Shown here: positions 46,801-59,180 of the stretch, piece after piece
Layout: every line of letters begins with the position of its first letter
Position numbering within the stretch: position 1 is the stretch's first letter
Assembly: GCA_965235115.1 (NCBI GenBank)
Contig: OZ249448.1
Coordinates: 20,956,001-21,020,000, forward strand
From: Laetmonice hystrix
Taxonomy: Eukaryota
Reading direction: 5' to 3'
DNA length: 64,000 nucleotides
Translations under genes and position numbers: made by a program
The notes under the pieces: generated by a model
The model's input: the letters and a program-made list of their open reading frames with translations, nothing else
Database searches by the model: none
Told to the model about the DNA's origin: nothing

Positions 46801-47918
46801 TTCTGTATCCTTGACGGCAACACGACTACTGCTTGAGGTCAAATGAGAGTCCCTCCAGAACTGTCTATCTATCGTCCAGACTATCCAGACATCTCGATTA
46901 CAGAAAGACTCTCAAATGGACAGACAGCAGACACTTTCTCTTGAGAGCGTTTCCGAGAGACAGAGCCGCGGGTCACTACTCTTGAGAGATTGTGCTCTCA
47001 AGTGGAAAGGCCCCCGGCAGTTCTCTCGAGAGTCGCCTGAGAGAAAGTCTCGAGGTTTAGTCCCCAGTGGAGTAGCCCCTTAATTCTCGTGACTTAGTTA
47101 TCATTCCCATTGGTTTAACATAGGGTGAACGTATACACCTCTCCAAATATTGGCCTGTTTTTTGACAATTAAATATTTCTTATGCTGGATCTGGTGTAAA
47201 TAAGTTTGATGAAAAAGAGAACAAAAATTGATTGTGAAGTTATCACGGGTTGAAGTTGAGAGCAAGTTTTTCAATGGGCCTGTCAAGGTTAAATGACCGG
47301 AACCGGAATTTGGATGTCACCAGTTTGGGCCTCCAACAGCATTTCTCGTCGAATCGCGCATTGTAACGTGACATGTAACGCTTCCTATACTCAGAATCCT
47401 CGGAGTCTCGAAAAATATGTAACCATGGTCAAGTGAGGTAGTGTCAAACTAATAGTCTATCCTACCTAACCTACCTTTCATCTCAGGTTATTCTTCGATT
47501 AGAAATACCAGAAATAGACTAATTTTTCGAAATCCTAAACCTTACTCACAGCCGTAAATATAGGCGCACATCACTTTACACGATGAAATCTGGGCCTAGT
47601 TGAGAATTTTTGAAAAACTGGGCCCGTCCTTTCGCGCATTCGCTCGTTTATGTCTGGCGCCTGAGCAATCAAGCAACTGGAATGGTTGCGTGTCACATGT
47701 ATGTACACAGTTAATTAAACAGGACACTGTCATAGTATTTGTCCATCTGTGCGCCTTTGTTGCCCCAATACAAATTAGTATGCCTTACGTACACCCCTAT
47801 ACACACATGCTCAGCTATAGCTGTGTCATGAGTTCCAAAAAAAGAGTGAAAACAGTCATGATTCTTCTTTCAAAAACGATGGAGAATGGGTATCTCATAC
47901 GGCAACGTTCTCTGAGTA

Positions 47919-49084
47919 CACTGTAAAAAATAATCGTTAATTTACTAAGATTTTTTACAAATATTTTCTTGTAAAAGAACAATTACAAGGAAAAATTGTG
48001 AAATTAACAAGAATCTGTAAAATAAGAGAAATAAAAACAAGAAAAATCTTGTTTTTTCGTTTACAATAAAAAGAATGTAAAATTATCAAGAATTTGTAGA
48101 ATTACGAGAAATAAAAGCAAGAAAAATCTTCTTTTTCCATTTACAATAAGAAGATTGTAAAATTATCAGGAATTTGTAGAATTAGGAGAAATAAAGGCAA
48201 GAAAAATCTTGTTTTTCCCTTTATAATGAAAAAGAATGTAAAATTACCAAGAATTTGTAGAATTACGAGAAATAAAAACAAAAAAATCTTGTTTTTCCAT
48301 TTACAATAAAAAGAATGTAAAATTACCAAGAATGTAAAATTACAAGAAACAAATACAAGAAAAATCTTATTGTTCCACACTGAAAAACTTTGCTTCGTCA
48401 TTTGACGAATTTATAAAACAAGATTATTCATTTTGACAAACCCATGTTAGTCATTTACTTGGCCACTAGGTGGCGCTATCAACATCACGTGTTGGAGTAA
48501 ACTTGGATGGCGCCTGATTTTGTGATGTATTTACTTCTGGATTGTTATAGAGTGTTCAAAGTACAAGACACCCATTTTTAGAGTCGACGAGAGTTAAGAC
48601 ATTTTCTTTGTCACATTTGAAACACAAAACAGTCACTGTCCTTGCCTAGCCGTAATTTTTGCAAGCAGTTGCATGGATAGTCCATTTATGGCTCAATTTA
48701 TGGGGAAGCTACTTGCCCAACTAAAGGATGGAATGACAAATTCCGGCCTGTTCAAATTAATTCAAATATTTGTATATTGACTAATCTAGGTTCGTCAATT
48801 TAACGAATGACAATATTTTGTATTATTACAATACTTTAATGTTTTACAAGCATAATATTATGTAAAAATACCAACAACAAATCTTTGTAATTTTACCAGA
48901 AAAAGTTTGGCAGCAGAGTTTCCAAACATTTTCTTGTATAATTACAAAATTTGCTATTTTCACATAATATGTAAAACAACAAAGTATTGTAACAATACAC
49001 AAAATTGTAATTATACCAGAAAATGTTTGGTAACTCTGCTGCCAAGCTTTTTCTGGTAAAATTACAAAGATTTTTTTTACAGTG
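47919..49084. mobile_element. AT-rich non-autonomous EnSpm/CACTA-like element
   Basis: TA|CACTGTAAAAAA...TTTTTTACAGTG|TA, with internal ~60-bp A-rich tandem repeats at 47960-48370. Confidence 0.8.
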
Positions 49085-49441
49085 TACATTTTCAGAAAAT
49101 AGCCTAATAGAGTCCATAATCAGTTCACCAAATGACCTGATGTAATGGGGTATAAAGTCATCACAGGAAGTGTGAATCGTTCATTAAGGTTAGGTTAATC
49201 TTTAACTTAATAATGGTACAACAACAACGAGGCCGAAGCCAGGATCAACCAGTCTTTAGTCGTATGCGTTCCACATACGTCGCTGTTCATTGCAGTGCAG
49301 CAATACAGGTCTTAGCTTTTGACAAGATGTGTTTGCCTAGTTTAATACGGCACCAGTTTCTTGTGTTTGGTCGTGCATACACGCGCGTGCACGCGACGCT
49401 CGGCGACGCGCACGCCCAGTGTGTTTGGGCCCACTGCTTCG

Positions 49442-50675
49442 TCACAGTTTTGCCATGACGTTAGACTCTGAAGGATAGAGCATTATAGTAGATAAAAGTA
49501 TGATGCCGTCGTCCTTATGAATCTGAAAATGAAAGATGTTGGGATCCTCCTGATCCGGCCACATCGACACCAGTAACCTGTCCCCTGGAAAACTCTCTCC
49601 CTTATGGAGCATGTCCACCTTCTGGACCTTCAGGCTGAGGATGTCTTCCTTCAGGTGGGTCACAAAGCCCTCCTGTTGGGCGAATGCCACACAGTCGAGG
49701 CAGTACCTGGAGTAGACGGCCTGGTTAGTGTGGTACAGGAGGTCAGAGTCGCTGTGTGTGACCTTCACCTCGTACTGGAACACATCCGGAGGACGGTCAG
49801 GTGTTGGAACGCGGAACGGCGGCTGATCTTTGACCCCGTATTCAATGTACGCCTCCCGTAACGACTCGGGTATTGCGACAATCTCTCCAGTCGTGAAATT
49901 AAGAAGAATAAATTGCCGCTCAGTCTCAATGAGAAGTTGCTCAGTTGATTTATCATATAATTTGGCGAAGTGTGTAAGAGACTGTTTACGGAGTCTGCCT
50001 GGGAAGTTGATGAGAGTCATGGGGAGTCGGATGGCTGCTTTCTGATAGAACCTGGGGTGAAAGTAGGTGGTCTGAGCGCTGAGGACGGGGCCGACTGACA
50101 CACCGACGTTTGTGGGATACGCTCTGACGTCATGACGTAACGGCATGAGACGCGACATCTCCGTCAAACATAACACCTTCCACAGGGCAGGAACTCCTGC
50201 AGACAAAATATTGTCAGGCACACTTGAAAAGTTGTGCGAACCTTGATCTTAGTATGAGTAAATTGGCAAAATAGGTATATGCTACAAAGTATTTTTAAAT
50301 ATTTTAAAATGTTGGTAGAATGTGGCATAATATTATGTTCTATGCGACTATAGCTTAACTAGATCTATTGTGGCTCCCAATCGAATGTACACAGGCCTAT
50401 ACTTGCAGAGACTTACCAGCCCTAGTAAAGTCGGTGTACGCTAGTCCTGGTAGAGTCACGGTAGATTCGGTTTTGGCTGCATTGAAACTCACAGGGATGT
50501 TGAAGGCCCTAAAAAGCAAGTTTTCGTGAATATCAAGATTGTCATGAAGAAGATTAAGGTGTATGTTAGGGCCTAATCTTTGTTGTATGCACGTAGGCCT
50601 AATGTATGATAGGATAAATGCCATTTTGAGCGAGACGAATAGCACCTTTAAAATCATACCCGGGTTGACAGCCAT
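49442..50675 (-). CDS. Double-hotdog (acyl-ACP/acyl-CoA thioesterase-like) protein with C-terminal PTS1 (-AKL), ~337 aa
   Basis: Exons 50675-50417 and 50196-49442 (phase 1). Motif SDSDLLYHTNQAVYSRYCLD resembles the D-x-D-x3-H-x-N motif of FatA/B-type thioesterases. It ends VMAKL*. The 5' start is uncertain. Confidence 0.75.
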
Positions 50676-53111
50676 GTAGGCCTACCAACACAGATGCCCC
50701 CACCCCACCCCTGCAAAAAGTGCCTACGCGTTTATTTCAGCAAAGCCACGCCTCTGAAATGGTAGGCCTCATAAGAATTATCGCGTAAAATGAACCCACA
50801 AAGTCTACGACCTTGGCTCTCCTCGTTTTGAATACAACTGTTGCAGCTTTCATGAAATATCCATTACAACAATGGTTAATTTAAACCCTTACCGCTAGGT
50901 GGCAGCACAATTCACACACTCATGCCAGGTGTCGAGGTAAGGGCAAGAAAACAAAAACACTGATAGGCCTACGCTGCTTCCGAAGTGACGCGCGCGCAGA
51001 CCAGAAACCGGTAATGTTTTGTGTGTGGCCTCTCGATGAAGGTTGTGGGTTCGAGTTATGTGTGTTTTTAGGTCGGGTCGTGAAGCGACACTCATGCTAT
51101 CGTAGGCCTATCATGGCCATGGGCGAGCGTAGCCTACATCATACATTACAGCCTACAGTTTACAGATCGAGTGGTCGGCCGACTGGCGTGTAGCTTACGT
51201 TTCAGCCTTACTCGTTTGCTAATGAGAGTATCGTACCTTTTGAAGTTGGCGATCATCACCTCTGCCGGGACTTTATACATGCTGTGCATTAGGCCTACTC
51301 GTGACAAGTGACCCCAAACTCCTTCCCATGAGCCTCTTCGTACTTGAGGGACGAAGAGGCTCATTGGAAGGAGTGTGTATTTTATCCTGCCCTCACTGCA
51401 CAGCTCGCCGAGGTACCCCGAACCGTCGCGATATTGCGTCTGGTTACAACGAGCTCTTCCCGATCAAGAGACTATCAAGGTCGCCTGGGGCTCGTTTAAT
51501 TAGGATCTAGAGAAAATACGAGCTCGTGAAATACGAGTGTAGGCCTGTTTATTGAAATGGCCCCCTGATGTCGCCACAGTCATAAGACCTACGGTACCCT
51601 CGAAATTTTGCACTGTCTTTAATGCAAATTGTGATGTAGGCCTAACTATAAAAATATTAAACATAAGAAATCGAGTTGCCATTTTAGTATAGAAGTTTTT
51701 TAGTTTAGATGCTGGTAGTGGTCAAGTCTACAGTGACCGTGGCCTAAAAAAAACTGATGGGGGGCCTATAGTCTCCATTCGCTGTCAGTAGGCATAACCG
51801 AAAATAATTACTGCTATGATGTCTTTGGAAAATGAAGAATGGATGGTACTACATTTTAAGGTCAAGGTCATTCATCGGGTGAGACCAGCCTCTACTGCGG
51901 CCCTCTAGTCTGGATGATCGAGACTGCCTCTATAATGTTGTAGTCTGTATTCGGGGTGCCACTGTCACGCCCCTCGCGGGAAACAACTGTTTACATGCGT
52001 GGCCGCCAGATGGCCTCAGGGTCGTCCAAAGGTGTAAATCTCAGCTCTGGGGTTTACCCAGCAGTGTGTTCGAGATCTCTGCACTGAATCTCCAAGGAAG
52101 GTTGAACTTCTGGGAATTTCTTGAATTTCACGTAGAGCTTATTCAAATTCAAACAGGAGTGGCAATACCGGGGGTACGTAGGTGGAGGGGGCTCAGTTTA
52201 GCCTACCCCGTCTTCAAACTGACAAAAGGGCCCTGGCATTAAGAGGCCGATTCTTTTCTTTTCTGTTTTCATTATTGTTTCAGAGCAAGGCTTCTTTCTT
52301 TCTTTAGCCCCGACAAATCAAGAGGCCCGTGGAGTAAATAAAACATTCCCCCGATATAGATTGGTGACCGGCAATTGTTTCATAATGTGATCACTTCCCA
52401 AAGTGAGTGAAGGATATCTATTTTTTGGACTTGAGTGGCCGCGTTGGTCTTGATATTCATTCAGTTTTAATGTTTGCTCTGAAAATAACAAGAAAAAATG
52501 AGTCTATTTCAAGTGTTGTCATGACTTTTATTTCCACAGCATATGTCACCTGGAATACCGTTACATTTCATCTTAGTTGCGCAGGAAGCTTGCACAACTT
52601 TCCGTCTGGGTCGAAAGGGTGTGTGTATGGGGTAATTATGTACAAATCTTTTAAAAAGATGTTATTTTTGTACTTTGAGCTGATTTTTAGCTTTTGGCTT
52701 AATCGATTGCTTAGTTAATGACTTAACTTAGAATCACATCACAGAATTAAATCTCCCCTTTAATTCCATTTTGAGGATTACGTCTTCGGTATTTGTGCCT
52801 AATACGCCTCCAAATAACTATATACCCGTTCCTTTCCAACGATTGATTGTCAACATTTAACAATATGTACATGCTACGTTTAAGGCACATGGTACGTTTA
52901 CTGAATATAGCAACCATACGGACAGCATCTGAAACAGGTCAACACTTTTTATATCAACCGCAACAGCAAAACAACTTGATCGCTTCAACAAAATATATAA
53001 GGCACAATGCGTTGAAATTGCTTCTAAAGCTACACTTTTTAAAAGCAAAACACCTTTGGCTCATTTTAGTAAAGTACATGTATAGATGTATTTTGGCAAG
53101 TTTTTGATTCG

Positions 53112-55662
53112 TTAGCGTTCTATAGTTTGCGGGTAGTCGCGGTGTAGGATTACTTTGGGTTGGATTACATTGCAGTTAGACTTCCCGTTGTGGCGATAAC
53201 ATTCCGCTATGACATTTCTCGAGTCGTCAGCTCGCCCCATGTCCCGATAGATCAGCCCCAGAAGTTGGAAGGCTCGGATGCGCGACTTGTCAAGTGTCAC
53301 AGCAGTTTCAAGTCGTTGCTCCGCCAGCTGGCGCAGTCCGTACGTCATCAGCCATGACCCCTCGTACTCCAGCACAGTAGCGTTTGTCCCCACAGGGATA
53401 CCGTCCGCAATCTTCCGCAGAGCCTCGTTCTGAGCCTCGTCCTGCGTTCGTCTCATGACGCGCATTGTCCCTGAACTGTACACCTCGGCGAATCCAATAT
53501 TCAACAGCTTTCTACTTTTCTTGAGCAAAAGATAATTATAATGGTCGTTATTGACGATCGTTTTGAGCAGAAGCGGAGAATTCTCCGTTGTGATAAAGTT
53601 TGATAATTTACTGACGACACCCACGCTTATGTTCTTGTAGGTGGAAAAGTAATCTGTTGGTGGGAGAACTTTCCTGGCGGCGCGGTCGAACTCGTGGAAC
53701 TCATAATGGACCAAGGTAAACAAAGGAACATCTTTATGGAGCACCGTGTAGCCTGCCGTCTCATGAAGGCTACGGTCACTGACCAATCCGTGCACATCTC
53801 TCTGGCGACCAATGAAATCTAGGCACTCATTAATATCACGAGAATCCCAAGCTGATTTGTAAGACCATACGCGGTCCATTGTTGGGAAGGATATGATCAG
53901 ACTGGTAGCTACAAGAATGAAGACAAACATTCCATGCACTCTTATTGTGCAGTGCCACCTTGCGGCCACCCTGAGAAGTTTTCGATAGAAGATTATGAAA
54001 GACAATGCCGAAGCTGTCTGGAAAAGTACAATCACATTATGGACGAACCTCACTTCCTTGTGGCCCTTAAAACTATACACGACAAAGAGGAGGGTTGTTG
54101 CGAGAATCATCCTGAGATAAACACGAAAGAGTTGTTTCTCCCGTGCCGTTACTTCAGGCAGTTTAAACAGAAACGCGCTGACGACGTAGAGAAATATTCC
54201 AATAAGTAAAGACGTTTGGATGACAGTTACAGTATTATACAGAATGATATTCTCAATGTAAGTCCACGAACTGCTCAAACCAAAGAGGGAGTTGGCAAAG
54301 TTGGTGTGGACGTTGAACTTGTACCACTGTATTGGGGACAACATAAAGCTTCTGTAGCTCTGGAGGTCGTCAAGGCCGCCGACAGCGACGCCTAGTGAGA
54401 CGCCGGCTAACACGAATAGAAGGTCACGGGCACGGCTGCGCATGTCCTTCAACAAGGGCGTGAAAAATATTAGGCTAACGACGGAAAAAAACAAAATCAA
54501 GTCGACTCTTATATAGCAGAGAACTGCGACGCCGAATCCACATGCTCCGAGACAGCAAGCTCGGGACACCAGTTCTCGCGAGGACTCGTTTCTTTGGGTG
54601 GCTCCATTTTCGAATCCAGCGTTTGACAGTTGAATGTCGACGTTGGGCGGTATTTGCATATATGGAACGCTACTTGTCCCGTTCATGTTCCTCGAGCGTG
54701 TTTTATTGACTTGCATGTCATTAGTCCGTCTCGGCTGACCACCCACAGGGAGCTGATTGTTGCCAACGTCATTGGACGTAGCGTTCCCATTAATGTCTGA
54801 TCGTGGCGTTTTGTCGTGTGTCTGATCGCCAGACGGGATCACCTTGTGGTCGTCTGCGCACGCAGCCGATTCCGGCCCGGCCACGCCCCCTAGCGAGGAC
54901 CCTGCCGGAAAGTCCCGGATGAGCAGGCAGTAAAGGCAGGCGATCACCAAGAACACGAATGGTGACAGGAAGCTGTTGATGAGGGTGTGCGTTCCCAGCG
55001 CTACCAAATGTTCCGAGGAGGTGACCAGGATGGCGGCGGAGGTGGCGACATCTGGTGACTGTGTCAGGCGGCCAGTAAACGCGTAGACGGCCAGCGGTAG
55101 ATGGCTGGCAATAGCGGAGTGGAAGACTTTGCCCACCTGTCAACAGAGGTCGCAATAAGTGTCTGTCTCTCTATCTCTCTCAAAATGAGTAAATGACTAC
55201 AAAAAGGTAGAGTGTACCTAAAAAAATATAAAACACGAAATCCAAGGTAACAAATCACTCGTATATAAGAAAATAACCTTTCTTCAGAATAAATTGCAAC
55301 TGTACCCTAAACTAAAGCACATAATGTAGGATAGGAGTTTCAGAAAACGTTATCGTTTCCTTAGTCTAGTTCATCAGTACATAACCTTCTTAGGAATATT
55401 CAACGAACGTTCTATTTCAAAAGAAGTAGGCCTATAGACTGTTTCTGATGGCTTACCAGTAAGGGATTGTCATTCCAACCAATCCATTCCTTGACATGAA
55501 ACAGGAGGATATAAACACGCGGGTACAGCCACGAACGCAGACTGTACATCCCCATTTCCGCTTCCTGTCTTTCAGCCAATGAAATTACTCCAGGCCCCTG
55601 AGACGCTGGCGGAAGGAACTCGTACGGACGGAAGCCGTAGCCATAAACTTCGGAGTGAGCGA
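53112..55662 (-). CDS. GT22 / Alg9-like (PIG-B-like) mannosyltransferase with TPR-like C-terminus; 5' exon(s) not located
   Basis: Exons 55662-55457 (VAHSEVYGYGFRPYEF...SLRSWLYP) and 55136-53112 (multiple TMs, THTLINSF, WYKFNV, HKEVRF). The join is phase 0 and a strong acceptor precedes 55662. Confidence 0.8.
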
Positions 55663-57397
55663 CTGCAAGGGAAAGGAATAAGAAGATTGAGGAAGATAAG
55701 GAGACAGTAGTACGAGACTGACCCGGCAGACGAGTGATCAACCTAAACTACGCTTACAATGACCTCATGAAATCTTGAGATATACTGAGATCAGAGGGTG
55801 AATGACATGGAGTGTCGGGCAGCTAAATTATCTAAAGCAGGAAAATAAGGGGACTCGATCCCCTCCTCCAAAGTCATATCTTTCCTTCATGGTCTTCGCC
55901 TTTTTAATAAACGATGTCCATAAACCGCATGCTGCTGAAAACTTCGATTTGAAAAACATTTTCTTAAAAATGATCATAAAAAAATCTATTCATAAAAGCA
56001 AAGAGGGGTTGATTTACCCGAAATTCCTCTGTCCGATTCTTTTCTTTTGCTTTGCCCGAATTCCCCTCCCCCACTGTTTTGCCCGAATTTTTTTTTTTTT
56101 TTTTTGGGGGGGGGGGGGCACTGCCCCCTGCCCCCCGGCTCGTATGCCTATGACTCAGAGTAGTTTATACAGAAATGTTTAGTAATGACTGTGGGATGTT
56201 TATGGCGGGAGGTGCCGGCTACATGAGGTCACAAGGTCAAATCGAAGTCAGACTGACTGTGATGTATGCGGGAGGATGAGACGTCCGATATATGTGCAAG
56301 ATTTTGGTTCACTTTGAAATGAAGGAGCATGAAGTCTGTGCAATATGAAACATAAGCTGTAACTGATCCCGCCTGAACGGTTAAACCTTCCTGTCCTCTA
56401 AGTCTAATCGTCAATCTCTATTTGCGATGAAGCTCACTAATACAACCTACTCGACAACAAAGACATGGGCGCAGACGACCCACTGCGGCCACCCATAACT
56501 GTCAGGCGCGGTACGCAATGAAAGCGTGCTTTGTAGTGTTTTGAAGGAAATAATGAGAGAGTTAGACGACGATGATGGCATTAACCAGAATGTTTCCGCG
56601 AGATGACGCATGCATCTATAAACCGTGTTGCTGGTGTTCAGACGCCACGCGAGTCTGAAATATTGAATGGGAAACACATAATCGTTCCCACGATATACAT
56701 GTACACCAGGCGGTCAGCCTTGCCCCCGGATTATGGGCACAGCTGGAGAAGGCCCGGATGTGTGGTAACGAGCTAATGAAAACAACCGACGCAACATCGT
56801 TTGGGCGTTGTCTACTCTACAATCAGGGAGACGCGACCTTGTTTTTAGGGAGCTGCTAGAGGCCTCCAGGGCACCGCAGGCCTGCCGCGGACATTTTTTT
56901 CGATCTAAGTATACGATGCTCCACAAGTACAAGTCATTATAACGATCGAAACTGCTTTTAGTCTCAGTGACCAGTGTGTACTTTTGGGCTACCGTACCAC
57001 GGTGAAGGACAGGCACACGTGACCGGGGAAGCGTGTGTGTGTAGTGGGGTTAGATTTGGGGACATATCGTGTTTGATAGTGTACCGGTGAAAACTGCGAA
57101 TCAAAGGACATCGTACTTGTGATCTCAATCTGACGGTTTGGTGTCCCTCAATCAATAAATGAGGGTGTGGGGGGGGGGGGGGTGCGGGGGTGAGAGGGTG
57201 ACGGCACTGATGGGTGAGGGCTGCAATATCAGGGCATCTATCTAGGACGACAGCTGCCAACAGCTCGTGTCCATATTTACTGCCAGTTTCCCGTAGCGAC
57301 TGTCGCTGTATGTCCTTGACTGATTGCCAGCACCATACATGAATATTGGAATGACAGTCCAGACGGAGCAGGCAATAAATATAGCAATGACATGCTA

Positions 57398-57700
57398 GGA
57401 GGCTGCAGACTGCAGTCAGTATGGGATCATACGAATGACAGGCCAAGAGGCTGCAAACTGCAGTCAGTATGGGATCATACGAATGACAGGCCAAGAGGCT
57501 GCAAACTGCAGTCAGTATGGGATCATACGAATGACAGGCCAAGAGGCTGCAGACTGCAGTCAGTATGGGATCATAGAATGACAGGCCAAGAGGCTGCAGA
57601 CTGCAGTCTGTATGGGATCATATAGCAATGACAGGCCAAGAGGCTGCAGACTGCAGTCAGTATGGGATCATAGCAATGACAGGCCAAAAGGTTGCAGACT
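57398..57700. repeat. 48-bp minisatellite (~6 copies)
   Basis: Unit GAGGCTGCAGACTGCAGTCAGTATGGGATCATACGAATGACAGGCCAA. Confidence 0.92.
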
Positions 57701-57844
57701 GCACACACTATTTAAGAATAATTGTGGGAATGACAGGCCAGAAGAAGCGGTCAATAGCTTGCAATGTTTAATATAAATCCAGTTTATATTAAATCCACAT
57801 CCGCTTATGTTGCGCGGTAGCAGCCAAGATTAAGGGATTGAGAT

Positions 57845-59180
57845 GCGAGGTAACTGGTATTATACGGGTATGCTTCCTCAGCTCGTCAGTGGAGAACTTC
57901 ATGGAATGTTCTGGTGATGCGAGGTATTATAACTGGTATTATACGGGTATGCTTCCTCAGCTCGTCAGTGGAGAACTTCATGGAATGTTCTGGTGATGCG
58001 AGGTATTATAACTGGTATTATACGGGTATGCTTCCTCAGCTCGTCAGTGGAGAACTTCATGGAATGTTCTGGTGATGCGAGGTATTATAACTGGTATTAT
58101 ACGGGTGTGCTTCCTCAGCTCGTCAGTGGAGAACGTCATGGAATGTTCTGGTGATGCGAGGTATTATAACTGGTATTATACGGGTGTGCTTCCTCAGCTC
58201 GTCAGTGGAGAACTTCATGGAATGTTCTGGTGATGCGAGGTATTATAACTGGTATTATACGGGTATGCTTCCTCAGCTCGTCAGTGGAGAACTTCATGGA
58301 ATGTTCTGGTGATGCGAGGTATTATAACTGGTATTATACGGGTATGCTTCCTCAGCTCGTCAGTGGAGAACTTCATGGAATGTTCTGGTGATGCGAGGTA
58401 TTATAACTGGTATTATACGGGTATGCTTCCTCAGCTCGTCAGTGGAGAACTTCATGGAATGTTCTGGTGATGCGAGGTATTATAACTGGTATTATACGGG
58501 TGTGCTTCCTCAGCTCGTCAGTGGAGAACTTCATGGAATGTTCTGGTGATGCGAGGTATTATAACTGGTATTATACGGGTATGCTTCCTCAGCTCGTCAG
58601 TGGAGAACTTCATGGAATGTTCTGGTGATGCGAGGTATTATAACTGGTATTATACGGGTATGCTTCCTCAGCTCGTCAGTGGAGAACTTCATGGAATGTT
58701 CTGGTGATGCGAGGTATTATAACTGGTATTATACGGGTGTGCTTCCTCAGCTCGTCAGTGGAGAACTTCATGGAATGTTCTGGTGATGCGAGGTATTATA
58801 ACTGGTATTATACGGGTGTGCTTCCTCAGCTCGTCAGTGGAGAACTTCATGGAATGTTCTGGTGATGCGAGGTATTATAACTGGTATTATACGGGTATGC
58901 TTCCTCAGCTCGTCAGTGGAGAACTTCATGGAATGTTCTGGTGATGCGAGGTATTATAACTGGTATTATACGGGTATGCTTCCTCAGCTCGTCAGTGGAG
59001 AACTTCATGGAATGTTCTGGTGATGCGAGGTATTATAACTGGTATTATACGGGTATGCTTCCTCAGCTCGTCAGTGGAGAACTTCATGGAATGTTCTGGT
59101 GATGCGAGGTATTATAACTGGTATTATACGGGTATGCTTCCTCAGCTCGTCAGAGGAGAACTGTGGAATGTTCTGGTGCA
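57845..59180. repeat. 79-bp minisatellite (~17 copies)
   Basis: Unit GCGAGGTATTATAACTGGTATTATACGGGTATGCTTCCTCAGCTCGTCAGTGGAGAACTTCATGGAATGTTCTGGTGAT. Confidence 0.95.

Larger units (their letters stand above)
44824..47080. mobile_element. Internally deleted PIF/Harbinger transposon with nested insertions
   Basis: TIRs AGGCGCTACTCCACTGG / CCAGTGGAGTAGCCCCT (16/17 match) with TAA TSD on both sides. It carries MADF and transposase remnants in convergent orientation. Confidence 0.9.

Noticed and set aside
49604-55155. Antisense or alternate-frame ORFs over the thioesterase and GT22 exons (also over GGT and receptor exons)
   Set aside because: They are shadows of GC-rich coding exons with no independent motifs.
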